From: a virus
Lineage: Duplodnaviria > Caudoviricetes
DNA: 64,000 nucleotides
Strand: one strand, 5' to 3'
IMG/VR virus record: IMGVR_UViG_3300005326_000040
Coordinates: 64,001 to 128,000 of that record
The notes below the pieces were generated by a model that saw only the letters and a list, made by a program, of their open reading frames with translations, was not told the origin of the DNA and did no database searches. The translations under genes were made by a program, and so were the position numbers. Position 1 is the first letter of the stretch. Each line of letters opens with the position of its first letter. This document shows positions 27,038 to 37,284 of the stretch, piece by piece.

Positions 27038-27808
27038 ATGGAAGCTAACGTTTCAACGCAAGCTGGTATTGAGCAGTTCTTCTCGGGGTACAAAGAAGCA
27101 CAACAGCTACTTGAAGCTTATGAAAGGAAGCTACTTGATCGTGACAGAAAGGAGATGCAATCGGGGCAGCTTCGGGGTGAATGTTTGTTGGAAAGGCTTC
27201 ATTGGTTGAAGGAACCAACACATTACATTCACAAGATTTTCAATGTGCTTCGCAGTAGCGACCCTGAAGTGAACGCAAGAAAGTCCAGCAGTGTATATTT
27301 GTATGAGCCATCGAATGTTTCATGGCTCATTGAGATGGTTCGGCGGCTTCGATTGACGAAGAAGGATGTTTTCTACGATTTGGGGTCGGGCCGTGGCGTA
27401 ACCATCAACCTCATGGGTTTGCTTACCAAAGCTCAATTCAAGGGAGTTGAGTTGATGCCTGAGTATGCTCGTGATTCCGAAAGAATTACGAAGGAGATGA
27501 AAATCAAGAACGTTACTACCATTCAAAGTAACGTTGTTGATGTGGACTTTTCGGATGGAACGGTTTTCTATACGTTCAATCCTTTTGGGAGCGCAACAAT
27601 CCGAAGGGTAGTGAAAAACATTCAGAAAATTGCAGAAAAGAGAGCGGTTCGGGTTGTGGCTGTCTGCAACAGCGAAGAGTTTGAGCCTTATCCATGGCTT
27701 CGGCGTTGGAGTTTGTATGAAGGCTGGACCAACGGAGCAGAATACGACCGATATCGCTCCGATTACAATCGCGTGCATATTTTCGAGAGCACGCTGCACG
27801 GAGAATGA
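27038..27808 (+). CDS. Class I SAM-dependent methyltransferase, DOT1-like; paralog of 59757-60488
   Basis: DVFYDLGSGRG...FKGVEL...DVDFSDGTVFYTFNPF. Confidence 0.85.
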   Translation: MEANVSTQAGIEQFFSGYKEAQQLLEAYERKLLDRDRKEMQSGQLRGECLLERLHWLKEPTHYIHKIFNVLRSSDPEVNARKSSSVYLYEPSNVSWLIEMVRRLRLTKKDVFYDLGSGRGVTINLMGLLTKAQFKGVELMPEYARDSERITKEMKIKNVTTIQSNVVDVDFSDGTVFYTFNPFGSATIRRVVKNIQKIAEKRAVRVVAVCNSEEFEPYPWLRRWSLYEGWTNGAEYDRYRSDYNRVHIFESTLHGE

Positions 27809-27809
27809 C

Positions 27810-28040
27810 ATGGCAAAGAAGCTTTATATCTTTTCGAACGAATGGGACCAGAAAATTGCACTCATTGAATCAGATTTGGAGCTTGATGTAGTGAGGGATA
27901 TGGTTGCTGAATCCAACAAGACGAAAACAGTGCCAGCCGATTTGTTGGGAGTAGCTGACGGTCCGGAATGGATTGAAGGTTCTGCGCCAACTACAACATT
28001 GGAAGAATATCTTGAATATGATTTGAAGTTCAGGAGATAG
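27810..28040 (+). CDS. Hypothetical protein
   Basis: ATG 27810. Confidence 0.7.
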   Translation: MAKKLYIFSNEWDQKIALIESDLELDVVRDMVAESNKTKTVPADLLGVADGPEWIEGSAPTTTLEEYLEYDLKFRR

Positions 28041-28047
28041 GCCCAAC

Positions 28048-28139
28048 GTCCGTTCCCGTGATTATACGGGGCCGGACATAAGCAAACGAGCTAGGAAGCT
28101 AGTAAGACCTGAAAACGGTTTGAATCGTTTGCTTATGTC
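28048..28139. other. Intergenic structured element with a perfect 15-bp inverted repeat
   Basis: GACATAAGCAAACGA 28075-28089 / TCGTTTGCTTATGTC 28125-28139, plus an upstream GTCCG/CGGAC hairpin. Confidence 0.75.
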
Positions 28140-28162
28140 TGTCTATAATCAAGCATCATATT

Positions 28163-28507
28163 ATGGACATCTTAAAATTAGCGCAGGAATTTGAGCGCTT
28201 GGCTTCTTGGGATATCAAAGAGATAAAGTCTATAGAGGACCGGCCGTCAAAAGATGGCAAGCATAGCGTTGAAACTCATTTGATGAAACAGTATGGGTTT
28301 ACTCGCTTTCAGGCAACGGTGCTTCTAAAATCGTTGTTTGACCCTCGCAAGCTGCGTCGGTTTGAAGATAAGGGCGGGTATCAATTGGTTGGGTTTGGTG
28401 AGCTAAAGACGCCCAGTGGTAAGATAGTTTCTTTAGACCTTTTGAAATCCACTGTTACGGCCCACAGTAACGAGGTTACTTCTTCTTCCGTTCAACCCAA
28501 CGAGTAG
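28163..28507 (+). CDS. Hypothetical protein, MDILKLAQEFERLAS N-terminus, no SD
   Basis: TATAAT 13 nt upstream of ATG. Confidence 0.65.
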   Translation: MDILKLAQEFERLASWDIKEIKSIEDRPSKDGKHSVETHLMKQYGFTRFQATVLLKSLFDPRKLRRFEDKGGYQLVGFGELKTPSGKIVSLDLLKSTVTAHSNEVTSSSVQPNE

Positions 28508-28928
28508 TGAAGTTTATAAAGGTGAGGCGTTCGTCTTCATCTTTATACTCATCATTATCTTCGTTGATGCTCCAAATAATACGAATAACGACGGCTGGGG
28601 TTGTGAGATTGTTCCGACCCGTGAAGCTGTTTTCTGATTTGAACTTAGGCAATATATCGACATAGCTTTTTCCGGCGTCAATGTATTGTTTTACTCTAAA
28701 CATCAAGGCATCGTCTTCGACATGCTGATGGAGGTTATTGGAAATAAAGAGTTTGAGCGCGTGAAAGATGTTGTTTGGATGGTCGGGCGGAAGGGAATCA
28801 TCCTCGACATTGAATGTTTCTGGGTTTGTTTTGTAGCGCTCAATGGTCTTGAAGATATAATCGGAGCCTGTTTGTGGTTTATCTTTAGAGGCTCTGACGA
28901 AGAAGGAAGATAGTTTCAACAAGTCCAT
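28476..28928 (-). CDS. Lone reverse-strand gene, MDLLKLSSFFVRAS N-terminus, no SD
   Basis: 150-aa ORF filling a gap in the plus-strand tiling. Confidence 0.7.
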   Translation of the reverse strand: MDLLKLSSFFVRASKDKPQTGSDYIFKTIERYKTNPETFNVEDDSLPPDHPNNIFHALKLFISNNLHQHVEDDALMFRVKQYIDAGKSYVDILPKFKSENSFTGRNNLTTPAVVIRIIWSINEDNDEYKDEDERLTFINFTTRWVERKKK

Positions 28929-28962
28929 ATAGATATGTGGGCTAAATAGTAGGAGGAAACAG

Positions 28963-29271
28963 ATGAACAGATTGAAGGGTTGGGCGGTTACATTGCGTTT
29001 GTTTGCTATCGCTATGTTGCTTATTAGTTGTTCAGAAAGTGAGCTTCAACGGTACAGCAAATCCGACGCACAGTCTGATGGGCTTGAGGTTATCCTTATG
29101 TACAACAGCGCTCGATTCTATGTGCGCGATGAATACAAAAACTGTTTCATTGTGTGGAAACTCCAAGCGGGCGGTTCTGCTGGCGGCAAAACGGTGGCTA
29201 TGGCTACGGTCCCTTGTGATTCAATAAAGGAAAACAATGCCAAAGATTCCGATTCGCGAAGCGTTGATTGA
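28963..29271 (+). CDS. Predicted lipoprotein
   Basis: AIAMLLISC lipobox; AGGAGG SD. Confidence 0.75.
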   Translation: MNRLKGWAVTLRLFAIAMLLISCSESELQRYSKSDAQSDGLEVILMYNSARFYVRDEYKNCFIVWKLQAGGSAGGKTVAMATVPCDSIKENNAKDSDSRSVD

Positions 29272-29476
29272 GCAAGAGGAAGTGGCTGGAATTGACGAAG
29301 ATGTATTCAATCTGATTCGTTACGGAACGGACGATAAGGAAAAAGTAAAAGAATACGTAACAGCAGAAATTGCGTATCTGCATGAACTTGAGAGGGAGGC
29401 GGATGACGAATTTGATCTTGTAGAAGATGACGGATTCCTTTTCCCAAAGTTCAGAGGGCCAAATGAAGGTTCCTAG
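29237..29476 (+). CDS. Acidic hypothetical protein
   Basis: AAGGA SD. Confidence 0.7.
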   Translation: MPKIPIREALIEQEEVAGIDEDVFNLIRYGTDDKEKVKEYVTAEIAYLHELEREADDEFDLVEDDGFLFPKFRGPNEGS

Positions 29477-29906
29477 TTCAGCGATTAAGATATCTCAACT
29501 AAAAAGCGCTGAGTTCGCCATTGAGCTTCCTGGAACAACGACATTGTTGTTCTTGTTTACTGGCTTAGGGGAATCTGAACCAGCAACAAGGGGTTTGAGA
29601 TTCGAGAACTATAAGTGGTTTGGCGCTGGGTTTTTCATTGGTGAACACGCCAATGAAAATGCAGACTTGAGCGGCATGACCGATATGCCGTTTGCTGACA
29701 AGGTTTATTCTAAGAACCTATGGAAAGACAACATGACTCACGCCGATATTGAGATGGTGTATGAGTACATGTTGAAAAGGTCTGAAAAGAAAGTGGTTGC
29801 GCAGACCGGAGGAATATGTTCTGCGCCTAGTTGTGGGGTGTATGATGAGTTTGCTTCACCATCACGTAATCATGGTGGACAGATTCGTTGCTATAAGCAC
29901 TGGTGA
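29463..29906 (+). CDS. Protein with the C-terminal CxxxxC..D..A.P....G.I.CY.H module
   Basis: CSAPSCGVYDEFASPSRNHGGQIRCYKHW, shared with the MORN proteins. Confidence 0.75.
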   Translation: MKVPSSAIKISQLKSAEFAIELPGTTTLLFLFTGLGESEPATRGLRFENYKWFGAGFFIGEHANENADLSGMTDMPFADKVYSKNLWKDNMTHADIEMVYEYMLKRSEKKVVAQTGGICSAPSCGVYDEFASPSRNHGGQIRCYKHW

Positions 29907-32900
29907 AAACAATGATGAGAAAGATTTGTTTTGTTTGCCCGGCATGTAAGAAGGAAGCAGAGATTGAAGAGATTCTTGTTCAAGCGCGAGTAGTTAGCGT
30001 GCTGACAGGACTTGAAAAAGGAAAGTTGTTTCAGTATAAAGTAGACCCATTGGTCGAAGAAGGGGAAGTGCTGAAATATCAATGCTATTCTTGTGGTGAA
30101 TCGTTGAAGAACAAGAAGGGCAAAGATATTACGGATATGGAAGAGCTTTACAAACACCTGAGGAAACATGGATTTTTGGAAGGCGTTCGTATCAAGCAAA
30201 AGCAGCGAAAAACTTCCGGGGAAGGTTAATCCCGAGCTAATTACGAAGGAGTTTTTTCCAGAATACGTTGATAACACCTGGGCAATTAATTGTGGACGAT
30301 GTATGGCTTGGGCGTACATCGCTTATTTGTTGTACGATGACGTGACGCTTTTGAGTACAGATTATCACGCCTTTGTACAGCAGGAAGGGAAGTTTTACGA
30401 TTCAGAAAGCGGTAAAGGAAAAAGAAACTGGGAGCATTTGAACTGCATTATGATGTGGTGGGAGGAAGAAAACAACGAACTATTTGTAGATGACGTTCGA
30501 GACTTCAAGAATCGTTGGGCGGGATGTTTTACTGGATGGGAAGAATGCGAGAAGAAGGTAGAAGAATATCTCAAGAAGCGTAAGGCTACTATCGTCAACG
30601 ACAGTCTACTGGCACAGGAGATGTAACATGAGAGTATTTACTGACAATCAGCGCATCGTGGACCTCAAGCACTTCCAGTACTCTTCGAAGAATTATCGGC
30701 TGCTTCTGGAACTTCAGCAAGCTGCGCCGAATGCTCCGCTGGAGATTGAAAGCACAGGAGTGGCGAAGAAATTCGTTACTGCCTGTGAAATCAATCTGGA
30801 AAATCATCAGACTGTTCTGATGTTGAATGGTCACAACTCCAGCATCAGCAAGTGAGCAAGAATGTTTCGCAATAGAGTTTTCGGATACATCGCTGTTGGT
30901 GTGCATAAGGTTGCTGACGCAGCATACATTGCCGCCATGATTGGAGACGGCGTTTATTCTTGGGCGGAGGAGGCTGTTCGTACGGTTTTTCACAAGAAGG
31001 AAGATAGCTTTCCGATTGATTGCGCTGAGGAGTTTGAGATGGTTCCGATCAAGACTCTTCCTCGGCCTGGGATGCAAAGGCGACGTTAGATGAATGCTCT
31101 GCTGGTTTTTGTTGCCCTTTATTGGGCAGCATTCTTTGTCAAGTGTGTCCGTTCGATTATGAATGGAGGAGAGACATGAAGTCAAAGCTCACGATGGTTG
31201 TCAACGGGCAGGCACATGAAGTAAGTGTTCCTGACGTAGGGATTTCGATTTACAATCCTACGGAAGAGATGACGGCTTTGATGCTCAAGATTTTGGGCGC
31301 CGAAGGAAACGATGTTTCGTTGGGCTGGGAGTATCCTCCTGGCTGTTGTCAAGTGAAGGAAATCAATGAAGAGAAGTACGAAACGGAATCGAAGATTTAC
31401 GTGATTCCGCTTCGCAACAACGAAGATGTTGGAGTTCATGTTCCTGTGAGGTTGATTCAATCTCATGACTACACGAAATAAAAGTCCGAGAGATTGATTT
31501 ATGTGGGACTTTGTCGTTGGTTTTGTAGTAATAGCTTTGTTTATGACGGTTCCGTTTTTGTCGGATTTTGTGTTTCGCCAATGGAAGAATAAAGAGCAGT
31601 CAAATAATTCCATTACTTCTCCAGCGCCACCACCAAAGATTGATCACATTCAGATTCAGAAGCGATTGCCCCCTGCACCAAAACAGTCGCCTTATCGTGA
31701 ACCTGAACCGCAAGACGTAGCGGCTTTGGTGGCGCATTTAGCGGAGCTAACCGAAGAAAATGGTAAGCTGCGTGAACGGTGCAAGAAACTAGAACAGGAG
31801 AAACAAGCTTCTTCAAAGAGTCTTATCAGTATTGATATTGCAGCGGAGGTTGAATATGGCGATTTGCCCGCTTCTTCAGACAGCACCATCAAAAGAGAAC
31901 ATCGCCGCACTTGAAAAGGAGATTGAATTGTTTGCGGCGGACAAACAGATTCGTCCTGAGGTTGTAAAGCAGCTTCGGGAAATGCGCAAGAAGCTCAGTG
32001 AACGGTTTGAAACTGAGCGCAATGAGTACCACTGGTACAGGAGGAATGAAGAACATGGCAGCGAAGATTGAGTTCCAATCACAACCACCGTACACGACTT
32101 GGTTTCTTTCGGTAGTAGTTGAACAGGCAGAAAGTGAATCTGTGATTCCTTTCTTGAAGGAGTTGGATGCCGCTGGATGGAACAAGTTGGATGGAGTTGA
32201 AATTCCGAATGAACCAACGGAGATGAAGGTATTTGCTCCGGGTTCTCGTGAAGATGGCTCCTGGGGAGATGGAGAAGCCCAGAAGTTCATGGGACGAGCG
32301 CGACATATCTTGGCCCAGCATGGGTTCAAGACCGTTCACAAGCGAAAGCTTGCGAAGCCCAGGGTGGAAGCTCCTGAAGGGCATTGAATGAAACCTGGGT
32401 TGTAACATAAAGCGTTAGTTCAAAAGGCTTTTGAGCGCCCTGGTGGCGCTCAAGAGCCGCAGCGCTTGATAAAACTTTTGTAACCCCAATGAAAGTAGGT
32501 GTCCCATGCAGCATTATGATAGCGTGGTGCAGTTTCTGAAAACCCAGGGATTTTCCACAACCAAAGCAACGAGGATAGCAAGAGAAGCGAGACGGCATTT
32601 TCGCATTGAAGAAGCCAATGTTCTTCTTGCTCTTAGGTTGGAATCACAGGACGGGTGGACGATTGTTGATTTGGATTCCAACGGAAGGGTAACGTTTGGG
32701 GCGTTGAAGCAGGCTCTTGTAGACGCTAAGAACTAAATGAAAGAAAAAAGCAACAAGAAGTCTCGGGTGTTTACTCGGCTCGTTACGATTGCTGCTGTTT
32801 ACCCTTTGCCCCGATGGCCAAGAGAAATCGCAGCAATTGAAAAAGAGATAAAGGAGGTATATCCAAAAGAGTATTCCATCTTTGAAAAGGCGATGAAACG

Positions 32901-33666
32901 ATGGGAGGTAAAGGAAAGCGCATACAATGAAAGCTTTCCAGCCTTCGGGTTGATGTTGGATACGGGTGTTGTTGCATTCAGAAAGAACTAGGAGTTTATG
33001 TCATCAAAGAAACTATTGTCTGGCTATGTCAGGCAGCTACTTGTAGTTGAGAAAGGAGAAGAAACAAGGGTTGTTACTTTGTATACGCGAGAGCCTGATA
33101 GGGTAAAGTGGGCAAGGCGTAAGGTCAGGAATCTTGGTTGGAATATCTATCAGGAAGAAGTAGTAAACGTTTCGGTTGAAAAAGCAAGAGCGGGAATTGC
33201 TCGCCTTCGTGATTCGGGCCGAAGCAACATCACCAAGTTTTTGAACGAATCGTATTAACGTTGTAACTAGGAGAATAGAATGATTCGTGTTTGTCATACC
33301 GTCATCGACGCTGAGTTCCCTGTTTCTGACGCGTCTCGCACGACAATCTCCAAGGCGAATACGTTCATCCAGCTTGTGGATGAGCCTTTCTACGATGTGA
33401 CCGTTGAGGCTAGTAGCGAATATGACGAAGACAAATATGCTCAGCTGAAGTTTGTTGGGCGGCGCAAGCAGGCTCAATCGACAGTCAAGGGTGAGTTTTA
33501 TGAGCCGTCAAGGTATCATCGCAGCGCCCGGCATGATTGTTGGAAGAAGGGTCGAAAGGTTCAGTATCGCATTTCTCTGGAAGAGAAGTCCTTTGTTACT
33601 GGAAGGACGCCAGTAATGATGGATGGGTACTGGGAAGACGGGCGATTCTATCCGTACTTTGAGTAG
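29903..33666 (+). other. Twelve hypothetical CDSs
   Basis: 29903-30229 (two CxxC), 30168-30626, 30628-30855, 30862-31089, about 31178-31481, 31501-31914 (TM helix, SPYREP, coiled coil), 31832-32071, 31998-32387, 32506-32736, 32737-32991, 32998-33258, 33280-33666. Confidence 0.7.
32397..32486. other. Intergenic 90-nt nested hairpin
   Basis: GGCTTTTGAGCGCC/GGCGCTCAAGAGCC 14-bp core, flanked by AAGCGTT/AGCGCTT and GGGTTGTAA/TTGTAACCC. Confidence 0.7.
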
Positions 33667-33669
33667 GCT

Positions 33670-33995
33670 TTACTGCGTGTGAGCAGGATAAACCCATCAC
33701 ATTCCGCTAGAGAGTAGGGATATTCTTTAGCGGGCAAGGTTGTAATGACTCCGAACGACGTTCTAGAGCCCTGATAGCCAATAGGCAAATCAAAGAACTT
33801 CTTTGTTGGAAGCATTCCGAATTAGGAATGAGTGATAATAAGGGCGAAGTCGAACGAGTAAGATATAATTCTTGTGGGACATGGTGTCTCATAGGGGTTG
33901 TAACTAGGGTGGTCTTTTGTGCGGACCATTCCGAAAGGTTTGCCTTGATAGGCAAATTGTAGGGCACAACAAGTAAACACATCGAAAGGGATTTT
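33670..33995 (+). ncRNA. About 325-nt structured intergenic/leader RNA candidate
   Basis: No good ORF; hairpins CCGCTA/TAGCGG, CATTCC/GGAATG, GGTC/GACC, TTTGCCT/AGGCAAA. Confidence 0.45.
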
Positions 33996-33998
33996 ATC

Positions 33999-34994
33999 AT
34001 GTCGAAGAACTCCAGCCGTCGCAACGTCTCCGCTGCTCGCGCCGCCGCCATCGTCTCGGGCAAGCCCGAGCGGTTTGATGCAGCCATGATCCAGAAGCGT
34101 TCTGCTGAAGAAGCTGCGCGTCTTGCCACGATCAACATCGGTCGCGACCCGCAGAACAATCGCATCGTGTATTCCATTTGGGATGCAACGCTGCGCGGCT
34201 CGTTGACTGCGGCTCTCACTGGCGCCATCTTGAAGCTCGGACTGGAGCATGAGCTTCTGAAGGTGACGGTGGATGATGGCAAGTTCCAGTTGGTTCCCAA
34301 TGTCGATATGGAGAGTTTCCAGAGCCGTTACACCTACCACCGGGTGTTCGAGGCTGTGGAAATGAAGTGGCGTGCTGCGCTTCATGCCATTGGGCATCGG
34401 GTGGCTTTGATGGACGAGCAGACGGGGCGTCCTGTCATCGAGCAGCAGAAGGATCGCAACGGCAATCTGATGTGGCGTGACAGCGCACAGACGGTTCCGT
34501 TCATGGGAACGTCGTACAAGAAGGATGAAAAGGGCCGCGATGTGTGGGAAGGCACCAAGAAGTTCGAGGGTGCTGTGTTCAATGAGATGACCGGCGATTT
34601 CGAGACGGTGGTTCTCGATGCGCCGACGTGGCGGCATTGCGGCGCGCTTCAGGATGGTGCTCGTCAGACTTGGGAAAAGAGTCTGATTCGGAAGGCGGAG
34701 TTGGAGCAGCAGGCTGCCCATAGGGCAGCGCGTCAGCAGCAGACCACCATGCAGACTCAGAGTCGCGCTCTGGCGGAAGTGGCGAAGCCTTTGAGTCGTG
34801 TGGACGAAGCGAGCCCGGACGAGATTCGCGAGTTCAAGACTGGACAGGAGTTGGGCTTGGGCAATACGCCCTTTGCTACCGCACTTGCGGGAAAGGAAGC
34901 GGCGTTCAAGCTCGACAGGCTCGGCCGCAAGCAGCCGACGCACAAGAAGGTTCGTGCTTCGAAGAAGGCTGCTGAAAAGGCTGCTGAGAAGTAA
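33999..34994 (+). CDS. 331-aa Ala/Lys-rich protein, GC-biased codons, probably highly expressed
   Basis: Long ORF, AAAGGG SD, GC island inside an AT-richer region. Confidence 0.9.
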   Translation: MSKNSSRRNVSAARAAAIVSGKPERFDAAMIQKRSAEEAARLATINIGRDPQNNRIVYSIWDATLRGSLTAALTGAILKLGLEHELLKVTVDDGKFQLVPNVDMESFQSRYTYHRVFEAVEMKWRAALHAIGHRVALMDEQTGRPVIEQQKDRNGNLMWRDSAQTVPFMGTSYKKDEKGRDVWEGTKKFEGAVFNEMTGDFETVVLDAPTWRHCGALQDGARQTWEKSLIRKAELEQQAAHRAARQQQTTMQTQSRALAEVAKPLSRVDEASPDEIREFKTGQELGLGNTPFATALAGKEAAFKLDRLGRKQPTHKKVRASKKAAEKAAEK

Positions 34995-35009
34995 GACATT
35001 TCACACGAG

Positions 35010-35063
35010 CTTCACTAAATGCTTTGGCTTGACCCATGGGTCAAGTTGGGGTATTTAGTGAAG
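35010..35063. other. Long hairpin with a palindromic core
   Basis: CTTCACTAAATGC/GTATTTAGTGAAG enclosing CTTGACCCATGGGTCAAG. Confidence 0.75.
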
Positions 35064-35074
35064 TCCTACCAACA

Positions 35075-35145
35075 AGACGAAAAGCTCCGGTGAGCCTGTG
35101 ACCTTTCGGTCATGGAGGGTGGTTCAACTCCACCTTCGTCTGCCA
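35075..35145 (+). ncRNA. Anticodon-less tRNA-like RNA 4 (loop TTTC, end G-CCA)
   Basis: AGACGAA/TTCGTCT; GCTC-CGGT-GAGC; TGTGACC-TTTC-GGTCATG; GGTGG-TTCAACT-CCACC. Confidence 0.9.
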
Positions 35146-35166
35146 ATGCTTTGCCGGGAGTAATTC

Positions 35167-35820
35167 ATGGGAAAGAACACAAACGATCGAAAACTGACGC
35201 TCGAAGAAGAAAATAGAATTAAAGAACAACTGGAAGTCGCGGGAGCAAAAATAAGAGTTCTTATTTTTGTCGCTTCTAACGGAACTCCGTGTATTCCTTG
35301 GGCGGATAAAGATAAGGAAATAGTTCATAAGCTGCCAAGGACACGACCCAGATATGAGGAGTGGAAATAAAACAAGAAACCAATGACATACAAAACCTGG
35401 CAAGAGATGAAGGACGTAGAAATCATTCAAAAGAACTGGGAAGATATCCCAGAAAAGGAAAGGCAAGAATCTCATTCGTGGCAGATTGCTTGGCAAGTAG
35501 CAACGCCAGAACAGCTTGTTGTTCTTAAGAAAATTCGTGAAGAGTTTATGGCTAGTGTTCCTCCAGGGCATTACTGGCTGGTAGAAGGCGACGACGATTG
35601 TACTGCCTTTGCTGAGGAAACTAAGGTGCTTGTTCTTGCTCAGGAAGCATATCTTGCTCGCGTTTTTGGTTGGACAGGAACGGTAGAAGAAATTCGTCAG
35701 AAAGCAATTGATTTACATATAGCGGATGAAGACGCCGTGGATAATATCGTTCCTGGTTGGATGATGGATTACTCCTGTTACATGGAAGATGTTCGCCGCG
35801 AACATCAATTCAAGCTATAA
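35167..35820 (+). other. Two hypothetical CDSs
   Basis: 35167-35370, 35383-35820. Confidence 0.75.
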
Positions 35821-35840
35821 TTGTTGAAAGGAAAATCAAC

Positions 35841-36560
35841 ATGCCGATTCGCGAAGTATACATTGACAAAGTGTTGAGAGAAATTGAGCATAGGGATAGT
35901 TCCAACATGCTGCATAATAATTCTGGCCCAGCGGTTATACATTATTGGCCAGATGGAACTATTATGCTGATGGAATACTATATTTCTGGTGGGCTGCACA
36001 AGGATGGAGCGCCCGCATCTTTAAGGTATTTTTCAACCGGCGTAAAAGAGCAGGAGGTTTATTTTCAAAACGACAGATGTCATCGTGATGAAAAAGACGG
36101 ACCTGCGTTATTTGCTTATTACCGATCTGGCGTGCTATCATTTGCATCCTACCAAACAAATGGACGGATACATCGTTCTGTTGGTCCGGCAGAAATCGCA
36201 TATTATGAAGACGGCACCATAAAAGAAGAGATTTATTACAAGCGCGGTAACACACACAATCTAAACGGACCAGCTTTTGTTCGATACGATAGCAGCGGAA
36301 AAGTTGAGCGAGAAGTTTTTTATTTGGATGGCTTGCTTTATACTAAATCCAGCTGGCAAACGGAGGTTGCCAGCCGTATTGCTCAAGCGCCAGCCCCAGC
36401 TACACCATCGAACAATCATGGGCAAGTAGCTTTGCCCAATAACGTTCCGGCTGCAACATCTCAAGTTTGTTGTTTATGCGGGCTGTTTGATAAGTTTGCG
36501 GACCCTCAAAAGGACGGGAAGATTTACTGCTATCTTCATGTAGATAGAGCGCCAAAATAA
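35841..36560 (+). CDS. MORN-variant repeat protein (YwqK antitoxin-like) with a C-terminal Cys/His module
   Basis: Repeated H(R/N)xxGPAxxxY; CCLCGLFDKFADPQKDGKIYCYLH. Confidence 0.85.
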   Translation: MPIREVYIDKVLREIEHRDSSNMLHNNSGPAVIHYWPDGTIMLMEYYISGGLHKDGAPASLRYFSTGVKEQEVYFQNDRCHRDEKDGPALFAYYRSGVLSFASYQTNGRIHRSVGPAEIAYYEDGTIKEEIYYKRGNTHNLNGPAFVRYDSSGKVEREVFYLDGLLYTKSSWQTEVASRIAQAPAPATPSNNHGQVALPNNVPAATSQVCCLCGLFDKFADPQKDGKIYCYLHVDRAPK

Positions 36561-36570
36561 GGGCAAAGAA

Positions 36571-37278
36571 ATGGATTTGAAAGAAACTTATCTCAACGGT
36601 GTTCTTATTCAACGAATCATTTACAAGAAAGGAACGCGCAACTATCATTGTACAACCGGGCCTGCTTACGAAGAGTTTTACGATATCGGAGCGCTTAAAA
36701 CGCGCGGATATTGGGTTGACAATAAGCGACATAATGATAATGGTCCGGCATTAACCTCTTATCACGAAAACGGAATCACAAGACAGGAATTATGGTATCA
36801 CGATAACTACCTCGATAGAGATGAAAAAGACGGCCCATCTTTCATGTCGTATTATGAAACTGGAATTAGATCTCAAATTGAGTACCATAAAAGGGGCCTT
36901 TTCCACAGGTCGAATGGCCCGGCAGCAATACTATATTATGAAAATGGGAATGTAAAAAGAGAAGCGTTCTACGAAAATAATTATCTTCACAATGAAAATG
37001 GTCCAGCCATAATTACGTACGACGATACCGGAAAGGTTACTTCGGAGTCATATTACCTACATAATAACCTTCATCCCACCAAAACAGACTGGCAGCATGC
37101 GTTGGCAATTTTGGCGGCAAAAACTGCCGCTGCTGCTTCTTCAACAGCAGTTGGTTCGCAACAACAGAATGGTTGTCAACAGAACTGTTGTATCTGTAAT
37201 TTGTTTGACATGTATGCTGAGCCTCAAAAGGATGGTAAGATTTATTGCTACGTCCATTTGGACAAAGCTCCTAAGTAA
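36571..37278 (+). CDS. MORN-variant repeat protein, tandem paralog
   Basis: HNDNGPA, HRSNGPA, HNENGPA; CCICNLFDMYAEPQKDGKIYCYVH. Confidence 0.85.
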   Translation: MDLKETYLNGVLIQRIIYKKGTRNYHCTTGPAYEEFYDIGALKTRGYWVDNKRHNDNGPALTSYHENGITRQELWYHDNYLDRDEKDGPSFMSYYETGIRSQIEYHKRGLFHRSNGPAAILYYENGNVKREAFYENNYLHNENGPAIITYDDTGKVTSESYYLHNNLHPTKTDWQHALAILAAKTAAAASSTAVGSQQQNGCQQNCCICNLFDMYAEPQKDGKIYCYVHLDKAPK

Positions 37279-37284
37279 AGGGGA

